Notes under the pieces: generated by a model | Databases searched by the model: none | The model's input: the letters and a program-made list of their open reading frames with translations, nothing else | Told to the model about the DNA's origin: nothing | Source: Thermodesulfobacteriota bacterium | Lineage (GTDB): Bacteria; Desulfobacterota; Desulfobulbia; Desulfobulbales; SURF-16 | Length of the DNA stretch: 13,711 nt | Assembly: GCA_039715015.1 (NCBI GenBank) | Contig: JBDLIE010000067.1 | Span: 1 to 13,711 of the forward strand | Direction: 5' to 3' | Shown here: piece after piece, positions 7,093-13,711 of the stretch | Layout of the letters: every line of letters starts with the position of its first letter | How positions within the stretch are numbered: position 1 is the first letter of the stretch | Position numbers and translations under genes: made by a program

Positions 7093-9228
7093 TTAATCAG
7101 TGGGAGGGATATGGACGATGAGCATTGGTTTCTGACAATTTTTACTGACCGCTTCTGCCAAGGAACCGAAGATCATCTCTTGAAACTTGCTGCGGCGGGG
7201 GACGCCCATAACCACTAAATCGTGGAATTCGGCTTCCTTGTAAATGGTCTCCAGGCGCGACTCTGAGTTGACCACCTTACATTTAAAACCGCGGTGGGTT
7301 TTAATCTGGTGCATGGTAAGCCAGGCCTCGAGCTCTTTTTCTTTCTTTTCCACATCCTTGACCGGCTGATCATAGGGCAACAGGTGGAGAAGGGTGATGG
7401 AATGCTCACCAACCTTGGAGAGGGCCTTGACCACCGAGCTCACCTCATCAAGCTGGTCTAGAGAGACCAGGGGCACCAGAATTCTCTCGGTGTGCAAAAC
7501 TCCATAAAAACGTACGACAATAACGGGGCAAACGGCAATCTCAGCCACCTGCTCAACAACCTTCTGAAAGCCGTGGATAGTGCCCTCGATGGGATAGCCG
7601 ATGATAAGTCCTTTGGTGGGGTTGCGGACCACGGTGAGGGAAAGGGCCTCAGCAACATCATCACTGCGCACCAGATTTTTCTGCAGCGGGTAGCCCATGG
7701 AGTGAACTTCTTCCGCCTCTTTAGCAAAGAGGGCATCTTTATCTTCCACCTCCCGTGAGGTCGAAACCACCCGTACTGCCATGGGTTCCGCACCAATATG
7801 GTGGGCAAAGATAGTGGCAAGGCGGGCGAGACCGGTAACAGTTGCATGGTGGGCAGCGCCGAAGATAACCACCCCGTTTCGTTTATCCGGCAGGGCTAAT
7901 TTTTTCCAGGTCCAGGGCAGGATACTGATTCCGGAAGTGGAACGTAATTTATCGGCACAGGCCTTGGCCGAGAGGCCCTCATAGCCGGGCATGGGCTTCA
8001 TGGTCAGCTCTGTGGCTCCCACCTCCCCTGCCTTGACCAAGGCGAAACGGGCCAGAAGGGGGCCAAACAGCTCGGAGAGAACGACACCGGTAAGGACTAC
8101 GGGTGTGATAATGGCAGCGATCTCTTTAAGGCTGGGAGTGGCGGAGATGAGAAAAATAAGACCAATGGCAACACCGGCTTGGGGCGCCAGGGCGTAACCA
8201 AGGAAATTTTGAACGGTGCGGGGGGAGTGGGCGGCCATGCCACCCAGGCGGGCCCCTATAATTTTGCCGCCCAGGCGCACAAAGAAGTAGCAAAGGCCGA
8301 TGAGGCCCGAGGCCCCCAGGGCCGAGATGTGTAGCTGCGAACCGGCCAGCGTGAAAAAGAGAATATAGATAGGCGGTTCAAAATCATGGAGGGCCCGAAA
8401 GAGGCGGACATCCCGTTTGTCGCGGTTTATCAACGTACTGCCGGCAACCATGCCTGCCAGTAGCGGAGAGAGATGAAGGAGACGGGCCGACTCTCCACAG
8501 AGCAGGAGCAGGGCCAGTCCGGCGGAAAGCATTTCACCCCGTTGCGTAAGTTTGTGGAGAACAAAATCTATGAGGAAGCCGGTGAGCAATCCCAAAAGCA
8601 GGGCCAGGATGATTTCCCGGCAGCTTATTAAGGCCGTGGCGAAAAAGGAGTCTTGCGAGCTTGCCAGCAGGTTGCCGGCGCCAGCCATTGCCACCCCAAA
8701 GGCCATGATGGCCAGGCTGTTATTAATGGCAACAACGGCCAGCAGGTTTGAGGTGAGGGGGCCGCGGGCCTCCAGTTCGCGCACCACGTGCAGGGTGCTG
8801 GCCGGGGCTGTTGCCACCGCCACGGCAGCAAGGAGGATGGCAAGGGAAAAAAGCTGGGGGAACTGCCAGTAGGGGGTGGCGGACTGGGAGTAGAGGGTGG
8901 CAAAAAAACAAGCAACACTCACCAGGATAAAGGTGCAGCTCGTTTCCGCCAGGGCAATATAACCCACGGAACGGGCCACCTTTTTGAGTTCCTTAAACTC
9001 AATATGCTCGCCAATACCAAAGGCGATGAGCATCAGGGCGATTTCGGTGAAATGGTTGAGGTGATGGCCGGCCAGATCCTCTGAGATAAGACCAAAACCT
9101 GAGGGCCCCAGTAAAAGCCCGGCCAAAATATAGCCGGTTACAGAGGGAAGTTTGAGAGATTTGCCAAGATAGGAAACAACCAGGCCGGTGGCCAGAAGAA
9201 TGGCAAAGGCAAGAGTCACATGTTCCAT
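7093..9228 (-). CDS. Cation:proton antiporter (Na_H_Exchanger / Kef-like) with C-terminal universal-stress-protein-like domains
   Basis: N-terminal ~400 aa is multi-TM with LPSVTGYILAGLLLGP, ATAPAST, LFFTLAG and PQAGVAIGL. The C-terminus has RILVPL and DLVVMG...IFGSLAEAVSKNCQKPMLIV, the USP signature. Confidence 0.9.
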   Translation of the reverse strand: MEHVTLAFAILLATGLVVSYLGKSLKLPSVTGYILAGLLLGPSGFGLISEDLAGHHLNHFTEIALMLIAFGIGEHIEFKELKKVARSVGYIALAETSCTFILVSVACFFATLYSQSATPYWQFPQLFSLAILLAAVAVATAPASTLHVVRELEARGPLTSNLLAVVAINNSLAIMAFGVAMAGAGNLLASSQDSFFATALISCREIILALLLGLLTGFLIDFVLHKLTQRGEMLSAGLALLLLCGESARLLHLSPLLAGMVAGSTLINRDKRDVRLFRALHDFEPPIYILFFTLAGSQLHISALGASGLIGLCYFFVRLGGKIIGARLGGMAAHSPRTVQNFLGYALAPQAGVAIGLIFLISATPSLKEIAAIITPVVLTGVVLSELFGPLLARFALVKAGEVGATELTMKPMPGYEGLSAKACADKLRSTSGISILPWTWKKLALPDKRNGVVIFGAAHHATVTGLARLATIFAHHIGAEPMAVRVVSTSREVEDKDALFAKEAEEVHSMGYPLQKNLVRSDDVAEALSLTVVRNPTKGLIIGYPIEGTIHGFQKVVEQVAEIAVCPVIVVRFYGVLHTERILVPLVSLDQLDEVSSVVKALSKVGEHSITLLHLLPYDQPVKDVEKKEKELEAWLTMHQIKTHRGFKCKVVNSESRLETIYKEAEFHDLVVMGVPRRSKFQEMIFGSLAEAVSKNCQKPMLIVHIPPTD

Positions 9229-9235
9229 CCCTGCA

Positions 9236-9412
9236 GTTTAGCATTTTCAAATCCTCTTGTCTAAAAGGACGCCAAAGGCCCAAGGAGCGGCTGGTGATGG
9301 ACGATACCCTACTGATCTGGCAAAGGGGAAAGAGGGTGGCCAGGGCCAGAACAAGGGCCATAAGGGCAAAGGCGACGCCGATTTTTATGCCGAGGTTGAT
9401 TCCTTTCAACAT
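9236..9412 (-). pseudogene. Truncated N-terminus of a methyl-accepting chemotaxis protein or similar sensor (about 59 codons)
   Basis: MLKGINLGIKIGVAFALMALVLALATLFPLCQISRVSSITSRSLGLWRPFRQEDLKMLN resembles an MCP start (M.K.+.+G.KI...F, TM1, then the first helix of a periplasmic helical bundle). It then runs out of frame into the antiporter gene as non-protein-like sequence. Confidence 0.55.
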
Positions 9413-9592
9413 AGGGACCAGCCTATTGCACCATACGGGTTAAGGAGATCAGATAACAAAAAGCACGAGAACTTCTCTTTTTTCGATGGTAAAAGTGAGA
9501 AATCACCTTTTAAAAAGTATAGGCATAAGAGTTTTTAAGCGTCAAAACCAAATCTGATCACCATGTACATGGCTGCATAAACGGTATGATTT

Positions 9593-9717
9593 GTAGGAGC
9601 CCGGCCCTCCTGGCGATCCGAAAAGGCATGCACAAACGACCAGCTCGGATTACACAGCTGGCCGGGTGCCCCGCAGGAGATAAGCGAAGACTTCGAATGC
9701 CCTTGGGGTGCTCCTAC
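9593..9717. repeat. GTAG-family REP doublet / REPIN-like palindromic element
   Basis: Terminal inverted repeat GTAGGAGC (9593-9600) / GCTCCTAC (9710-9717). Nested inner stems: CTCCTG/CAGGAG, GGCAT/GTGCC and CCAGCT/AGCTGG. Confidence 0.65.
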
Positions 9718-9766
9718 GGCATTGTGCTTCAAGATGACTGGTAGTCAAAAAAATCAATTACCAACC

Positions 9767-12265
9767 ATGAACCTCCCCTCCCTGCCCATCAACACCGTTC
9801 TTGCCGAGCTTTGCGCCGCCCTGGCCGCTGATAGAGGGGCTGTTCTCGTTGCTCCGCCGGGCTCCGGTAAAACCACCATTGTGCCCTTGGCCCTGCTTGA
9901 GGAAGAGTGGCTGGCCGGCAGGAGGATCATCATCCTGGAGCCCAGACGCCTGGCCGCCAGGGCAGCAGCCAGGAGGATGAGTGATCTTCTTGGTCAAAAG
10001 GTGGGCGACACCGTGGGCTACCGCATCCGTTTTGAGCGCAAGATTTCAGCCCGCACAAGGATAGAGGTGGTCACCGAGGGTATCTTGAGCCGCATGCTGC
10101 AGGATGATCCGGAGCTCTCCGCTGTTGGCATGGTGATATTCGATGAGTACCATGAGAGAACTCTCCATGCCGATTTGGCCCTGGCCTTGTGTCTCGATGC
10201 CCGTCAGCTGCGCGATGACCTGCGGGTTCTGATCATGTCCGCCACCCTGGATAGCGCCGCAGTTGCCGGTTTGCTTGGCGGCGCTCCGGTTATAAGGGGA
10301 GAGGGCAGGTGTTTCCCGGTCACCACCAGCTATCTTGCCCGGCCCAAACCATGGCAGCTTGTTACGGCCATGGCCTCGGCAATCCGCCGCTGCCTCACTG
10401 AGCAGGAGGGGGATATCCTCGCCTTTTTGCCGGGCAGCGGTGAAATCCGCCGCCTGGCCAGTGACCTTGCCGACCTCCCAGAGCTTGACATTCTCCCCCT
10501 TTACGGTGATCTGCCCCAGGATAAGCAGGACAAAATTTTTGCCCCGGCCCAGCGCCGCCGCCTTATCCTCGCCACCCCCATTGCTGAAACCAGCCTCACT
10601 GTGGAGGGAGTTACGGTGGTGGTGGACAGCGGCCTGATGAAAAGGCCCCGTTTTGATCCGTCCTGCGGTCTGACCAGGCTGGAAACAGTGCCGATCTCCA
10701 AGGCCTCGGCCGAGCAGCGCGCCGGCCGGGCCGGCCGCCTGGGGCCCGGCCACACCTATCGTCTCTGGAGCCGCGACGAGCACCATAGCCTGGCTGATTT
10801 CCAGGCCCCGGAGATTATTGGTGCTGATCTTGCCCCCCTTCTTCTTGATTTAGGCATATGGGGCGTGCGCGATCCAGGGGAGCTTTCCTGGCTTGATCCG
10901 CCCCGCTCCGCCCAGGTGGAACAGGCCAGGAGCTTGCTCACCAGCCTCGGGGCCCTGGACAGTAAAGGCCTGCCCACCACCCTGGGTAAACGTCTGGCAA
11001 GGCTGCCACTTCATCCCCGCCTCGGCCTGCTGCTTGTCCGCGGCGAGGAAAAGGGCCAGGGGAGCCTGGCCTGTGATCTGGCTGCCCTGTTGGCTAACCG
11101 CGATATTTTAAAGGGCGAGGCCCGGGGGGAAAGCGCCGATTTGGAGCGTCGCCTGGCTATACTCGATCTCTGGCGCCGCAAGGGGACCAGGGAGGCGCGG
11201 GCCCGAGGCGCCGATCCTGCCGCCTGCCGCCGGGTGGACCAGGAGGCCCGCATGTACAGGGCTCTGCTCAAGAAAAGCTCTGGCCATCAGGATCTGGCGG
11301 AAACCGGTAATCTGCTGGCCCATGCCTATCCGGACCGCCTTGCCCAGCAGCAGGGCAAGGCAACCGGCAACTATCTGCTGGCCACAGGCCGCCGGGCCCG
11401 TTTACAGGGCCATGATCCGCTGATCTCCTGGCCCATGTTGGTCATCCCCGATCTTGATGCCGGCGCCAAAGAGGGCCGTATTTTTCTGGCCGCTTCTTTG
11501 GGTAAAGAGGAGATAAAGAAGGATCACCCCCAGCTCATAGAGCAGGAAAAGGAGGTTTTCTGGAACCAGGAAAGGAGGCGGGTGGAGGCTGAAGCCGCTG
11601 TCAAAATAGGCAGCATTGTTCTGGAGAGAAAGCGCTGGCAGGAGGCGCCTGCGCAAAAAATCGCCAGCTGTTTTTTAGAAGGGGTAAAGCTTCTCGGGCC
11701 AAACTCCCTGCCCTGGACCAAGGAGAGCCGTACCCTGCAGACCAGGGTGGATTTTCTCCATGAATGGCTGCCTGAGGAGTGGCCAACCCTGGCTGATGAA
11801 GATCTTTTTGCCGACCTGGCTTGGCTTGCCCCCTATGTGGATGGCATGGTGCGGGCCGCTGAGCTGAAAAAGCTCGATCTGTTCAGCATACTCTCCTCCC
11901 GTTTCTCCTGGCAGCAACTCCAGGAGATCGATCGTCTGGCCCCCAGCCATCTTGAGGTGGCCAGCGGTTCCCGGATCAAGCTGCGCTATGAACAGGAGGG
12001 CTCACCAGTGCTGGCCGTCCGCCTCCAGGAGATGTTCGGCATGGAGGAGACCCCCACCATCTGCCGGGGCAAGGTGCCGGTCCTCATCCACCTGCTGTCA
12101 CCGGCCCAGCGTCCCATCCAGGTAACCCAGGACCTCAAAGGCTTCTGGCACACGACCTACCAGGAGGTAAAAAAAGAACTCAAGGGCCGCTATCCCAAGC
12201 ATTACTGGCCCGATGACCCCCTCACTGCCCAGGCCACCAGCAGGGTAAAGCGCAAGAGGCGTTGA
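9767..12265 (+). CDS. hrpB: ATP-dependent RNA helicase HrpB (DEAH/RHA family)
   Basis: Motifs APPGSGKTT, EPRRLAAR, FDEYHER, MSATL, ATPIAETSLT and QRAGRAGR, plus the HrpB-specific C-terminus LAVRLQEMFG...LLSPAQRPIQVTQDLKGFW...GRYPKHYWPDDP. Start is probably ATG 9767 (MNLPSLPI); ATG 9734 is an alternative. Confidence 0.96.
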   Translation: MNLPSLPINTVLAELCAALAADRGAVLVAPPGSGKTTIVPLALLEEEWLAGRRIIILEPRRLAARAAARRMSDLLGQKVGDTVGYRIRFERKISARTRIEVVTEGILSRMLQDDPELSAVGMVIFDEYHERTLHADLALALCLDARQLRDDLRVLIMSATLDSAAVAGLLGGAPVIRGEGRCFPVTTSYLARPKPWQLVTAMASAIRRCLTEQEGDILAFLPGSGEIRRLASDLADLPELDILPLYGDLPQDKQDKIFAPAQRRRLILATPIAETSLTVEGVTVVVDSGLMKRPRFDPSCGLTRLETVPISKASAEQRAGRAGRLGPGHTYRLWSRDEHHSLADFQAPEIIGADLAPLLLDLGIWGVRDPGELSWLDPPRSAQVEQARSLLTSLGALDSKGLPTTLGKRLARLPLHPRLGLLLVRGEEKGQGSLACDLAALLANRDILKGEARGESADLERRLAILDLWRRKGTREARARGADPAACRRVDQEARMYRALLKKSSGHQDLAETGNLLAHAYPDRLAQQQGKATGNYLLATGRRARLQGHDPLISWPMLVIPDLDAGAKEGRIFLAASLGKEEIKKDHPQLIEQEKEVFWNQERRRVEAEAAVKIGSIVLERKRWQEAPAQKIASCFLEGVKLLGPNSLPWTKESRTLQTRVDFLHEWLPEEWPTLADEDLFADLAWLAPYVDGMVRAAELKKLDLFSILSSRFSWQQLQEIDRLAPSHLEVASGSRIKLRYEQEGSPVLAVRLQEMFGMEETPTICRGKVPVLIHLLSPAQRPIQVTQDLKGFWHTTYQEVKKELKGRYPKHYWPDDPLTAQATSRVKRKRR

Positions 12266-12300
12266 AGGTTGAAGAAAGGGGACGGGGAAAGGTGCCAGGT

Positions 12301-12843
12301 TCAATCGCGCCCCCTGGTCAGGCGGTGAAGAATTGTTGCAATAGAAGGTCGATCCGCCGGACCTGCGCTCACATGATGGAGGCGCACCACACCCTCCTGG
12401 TCGATCAACACGTCGCCACCCCGTTGATAAATATCAGCAGTGGTTTTTTTCGGTTTATGTCCCTTGAGAATTTCCTGGCCATAGACCCACCATGTCTTTG
12501 GTCCCCAGATATCCCAAAGAGAGGCGGCGAGCATGCCGTAATCTCGGTACAGTCCTTTGCTCTCATCGATAAGCAGTGGCCAATCCAGGCCCGTCTCTTC
12601 ACAATAGCTGCGGGCGGAAGATAGCGATTCAAAGGTAACCACCACGATCTTCACACCAAGCCTCTTGAAATCTCTTTTCCTCTCCTGCAACTGCAGAAGG
12701 TGGGCCCGGCAGGGCAGTCAGTGAAGATGGCGCTGGAAGACCAACAGCAGCCAAGAGCCCTTATAGTCTGCCAGATGGTGGACCTTGCCCTCACTATCTG
12801 GCAGCTGAAAGGGGAGAGCAGGATGTCCAGTCAGGTTTGTCAT
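12301..12843 (-). CDS. Peroxiredoxin-like (AhpC/TSA, PRXL2/SelU-like) selenoprotein, 180 aa, U42-x-x-C45
   Basis: From ATG 12843 (GGAGG SD upstream) the frame reads MTNLTGHPALPFQLPDSEGKVHHLADYKGSWLLLVFQRHLH-TGA(12720-12718)-LPCRAHLLQLQERKRDFKRLGVKIVVVTFES...QRGGDVLIDQEGVVRLHH..GPADRP. Both sides of the TGA are redoxin-like and in the same frame. Confidence 0.9.
12682..12717 (-). promoter_or_regulatory. Candidate bacterial SECIS element
   Basis: Begins 18 nt after the UGA: stem CUUCUGC (12699-12693), loop AGUU, stem GCAGGAG (12688-12682). It has 7 bp with one G-U pair, a G in the second loop position, and the apical loop 25 nt from the UGA. Confidence 0.65.
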
Positions 12844-12868
12844 ATTCGCCTCCCAGCATGGTTATTGA

Positions 12869-13504
12869 TCATCTCTTCAACCGTGGCATAAAGGCCGGAA
12901 CGTGCTTGGCATACGCATCGTAGGCCGCGCCAAACTCCTTTCTCACCAGATCTTCTTCCTGCTTTGCCAGGCGAATATAGACAACCAGCAGAATCGGGAA
13001 CATGACCAAGGTGAGTAAGGTCGGCCACATCAGCAGAAAACCGAACATGACCAGGATAAAACCGTCATACTGCGGATGGCGGACCAGGGCGTAAGGCCCG
13101 CTTGTGGCCAGTTGCCCTGCCTGTTGGGCCGCATGCAGTACCTTCCAGGCCCTGTAGGTCAGGTAAAAGCCCGCGATTATAAGGAGGTTGGCCACCAGAT
13201 GGATGGGATTTGTATGGGGGTCTCCCTCAAGGCCAAAAATCGTGTGCCAGAGATGGCCGCTGCCATGGGCGAAGATATCGGTGTTGGGGAACCTGCTCTG
13301 CAGCCAGCCCGATAGAAAATAGATGGTGAGAGGGAAGCCATACATCTCGACGAACAGGGCCACCATAAAGGCGGAAAATGCCCCCAGGCTTCGCCAGTCA
13401 AGCCTGGTCTTTGGTCTGATGAAACTAAAGGCAAAGAGGACAAACAGTGCCGAGTTCAGGATCACCAGGGGCCAGAGGCCGTATGCCTGGGTTGTTTCTG
13501 TCAT
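12869..13504 (-). CDS. Isoprenylcysteine carboxyl methyltransferase (ICMT/PEMT) family membrane protein, 211 aa
   Basis: Motifs LATSGPYALVRHPQYDGF and QEEDLVRKEFGAAYDAYAKHVPAFMP; several TM helices. Start placed at ATG 13504 (MTETTQAYGLW) because GAGGGGG lies upstream; the track's 13612 start falls inside a repeat element. Confidence 0.9.
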   Translation of the reverse strand: MTETTQAYGLWPLVILNSALFVLFAFSFIRPKTRLDWRSLGAFSAFMVALFVEMYGFPLTIYFLSGWLQSRFPNTDIFAHGSGHLWHTIFGLEGDPHTNPIHLVANLLIIAGFYLTYRAWKVLHAAQQAGQLATSGPYALVRHPQYDGFILVMFGFLLMWPTLLTLVMFPILLVVYIRLAKQEEDLVRKEFGAAYDAYAKHVPAFMPRLKR

Positions 13505-13592
13505 GATTCTTCCCCCTCTTTTTTTAGGTTCATCACGGATTACATAGGGAGGCTTGTTTCCTGAAGTCTCTCTCGTGTCGTTAATGTGTTTT

Positions 13593-13711
13593 GTTCCTTT
13601 TTGCTTGTCCAAAAATGAACCGAGCCAGCGAAGTGGGCGAAAAGGACACCCCAGCAGCCCTGGCCTTCGGCATCACTCGCCTTCCGCCGGGCAAGGGGCA
13701 TTGCGGAAACT
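13593..13711. repeat. Structured intergenic repeat element, cut off by the window end
   Basis: Hairpin GTTC-C-TTTTTG-CTTGTC-CAAAAA-T-GAAC (13593-13620), followed by GAAAAGGACACCCC and a GCC-TTC-GGC mini-hairpin. Shares a ~33-nt core with 2418-2450. Confidence 0.55.

Noticed and set aside
8999..9235. 3' part of the 137-aa ORF 8999-9412
   Set aside because: It overlaps the antiporter out of frame and its translation is not protein-like. Only the first ~59 codons are kept, as a stub.
9490..9512. Imperfect palindrome TAAAAGTGA-GAAA-TCACCTTTTA upstream of the MCP stub
   Set aside because: Could be an operator, but it is short, AT-rich and imperfect, and cannot be assigned to a regulator from sequence alone.
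9758..12304. Antisense and alternate-frame ORFs over hrpB (e.g. 10046-10786, 246 aa)
   Set aside because: Shadow ORFs expected in GC-rich coding DNA; no recognisable motifs.
12301..12690. Track ORF of 129 aa starting at TTG 12690
   Set aside because: It lacks the active site and an SD. Better explained as the 3' part of the UGA read-through gene starting at 12843.
13505..13612. 36-aa N-terminal extension of the methyltransferase in the track
   Set aside because: Its TTG start lies inside the repeat element, the extension is not protein-family-like, and ATG 13504 has a good SD.

Overview
Chromosomal-looking bacterial window. The gene set suggests a deltaproteobacterium (Desulfobacterota); this is inference. 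From left to right: an AT-richer segment with a two-TM hypothetical gene and an uncalled, frameshifted bacterial PH-domain pseudogene; a bidirectional terminator; a pentapeptide-repeat lipoprotein; a minus-strand operon cheD - HDOD - CheY-like receiver - cheX - signal-peptide YyaL/SSP411 thioredoxin-domain protein; a cation:proton antiporter with USP-like C-terminal domains, preceded by a truncated chemoreceptor N-terminus; a GTAG-type REP/REPIN-like hairpin; hrpB; and a convergent two-gene unit. That unit encodes an ICMT-family membrane methyltransferase and a peroxiredoxin-like protein that the ORF track truncates. The latter is very probably a selenoprotein (in-frame UGA in a UxxC motif, followed by a SECIS-like hairpin). 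Other signals not shown by the ORF track are the lack of a canonical start codon for full-length cheD and two related structured intergenic repeats.
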